Source: Mobula hypostoma (lineage: Eukaryota). From it: DNA of 64,000 nucleotides. Each line of letters starts with the position of its first letter. The first letter of the stretch is position 1. The DNA lies in assembly GCF_963921235.1 (NCBI RefSeq), contig NC_086097.1, positions 211,484,001 to 211,548,000 of the forward strand. Direction: 5' to 3'. A program made the translations under genes and the position numbers. The notes beneath the pieces were generated by a model. It was not told the origin of the DNA, did no database searches, and saw only the letters and a program-made list of their open reading frames with translations. Positions 62,572 to 64,000 of this stretch are shown one piece after another.

Positions 62572-64000
62572 TTGACTGAAAAATTCAAATCTGTTTTTTG
62601 ATGTTGCTCGGACTCAAATGACTGAGTTATGGAGAGAGTTTTTTTTTCTTTGGAACAAAGAATGGGGATGAACTTAGAGGTTCATAAATCATGAAGAGAA
62701 TAGGGTCACCTATATGATCAGATATTTTTGTGAACCTATATAATTCAAATGTTAAATTGATCAATAATCATTATTTATAAGTTGCTAGAAATTTGATAGA
62801 CCTTGTTCATTTTAGAATTTGTTCTCAGTGGTTGACTTCACATTTTTTATTGTCCAATCTATGGAGAGTAACTTTTGCCTGACCCATACCTGTTTTACAG
62901 AACAATCTTTAAAATGTGTGCATATTGGATTTTCAGCTTACCTTTGAGGTTAATTTTTCTCCCACAGTCCGAGAATTCAAAGCAAGAGAGAGCTGATCAA
63001 TGCTGATATGTTTCGTAATTTCAAAACATTAAACTAATTCAAAGGAAGACATGGGAGTCCAAAGCGTGGGTAGAACTGAATGTTTACTTTAAGCGAGATG
63101 CGCACATAATCACATGGTAGCGTGATGATATATGCATTTTGTGTATTTATACACCTAACCCGTAATGAGTTATTTAAAGGAACAAGAAATCTTAATCAAA
63201 TATGTATGTATATATTTTCAATATTTCAAATTTTGTGAAAGAGCCTTCTTTAAATTCACAGATATTCTGCGGTCAGCAACGGCAAGCTAATATCCAGGAT
63301 TACTTTCAATCTGCTTCTTGTTTCTTGAGAACTGGTTTTACCATTTGTTGCTTAAGCACCTGTGATTCTATCTGGTTGGACAAAATATTACTAATAGATT
63401 TTACTTTTGGTAGAACTCGTCAATATTCCAGAATCACCCTTGTTTTATGACTTTCACTGTAAACTATTCTTCCTTTTTCCCTCCACTGGCATAATTCATA
63501 TAATAAGCTTGTACATTTTCCTTGCTTAAATTAAGATTCCACACTGCCTTGCCTCTGACAATCTCTCATTCCTGTCTCATCTACCTTTGTGTTTTCTCTG
63601 TGTCCATCTTATCCATGGGTACCATCAAATGCCTTGAACAAGTTACACCAGCTGTCTTCTTTGACTTTCTGTTGCTTGATATAGCCAGTGTTTCTGCCTC
63701 TTCAGGTGTTCCTTGGACATCTCTAGTGTCTAAGCCTGTCTGATCCCTCTATCCACACCAATATTCCCTGACACATTGCCTCCCAAAACCTTTCTCACAA
63801 GTGGACATTTGAGCACACCCAATCCAGTACCTACCCTGCTACGGCCAAAATGTCTCTTACTGAAGCCCTGTAACATCTCAAGTAATCTAATCTGGAAAAC
63901 TATTGTTTGTCCTTTGGAATTCCTCAGAGATCAATATTTTCTCTCTTCCCCCTCCTCTTATACATACTGCTTCTCAGGAAAAGCACCCTAAAAACTGTAA

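Overview
Eukaryotic, AT-rich, repeat-dense vertebrate DNA. The repeat complement (CR1/HER-type LINEs with (CTATGTTT)n tails, V-domain and Deu-domain SINEs, Rex1/Babar, RTE, Penelope) suggests a cartilaginous fish such as a ray or shark; this is inference. No host protein-coding exon, RNA gene or CRISPR array can be supported, and nearly every long ORF is transposon-derived. The centrepiece (29.4-41 kb) is a nested cluster: a 32-bp minisatellite interrupted by a solo LTR, then a TSD-flanked Gypsy/Gmr1-type element (SCAN-like gag, protease, collapsed INT-RT-RH pol) whose 5' LTR holds a near full-length Neptune-type Penelope-like element (PLE). Both PLE pseudo-LTRs carry a minimal type I hammerhead ribozyme motif. 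The same motif recurs in about a dozen short PLE-derived inserts, several of which are TSD-flanked fold-back palindromes with inversion points at or next to the ribozyme. Also present are a Chapaev3-type and a hAT/Buster-type DNA transposon (both with TIRs and TSDs), an internally deleted HERO-type element and an RTE copy with a 5' inverted duplication. Family names come from motif recognition, not database searches. Boundaries without a TSD are approximate.
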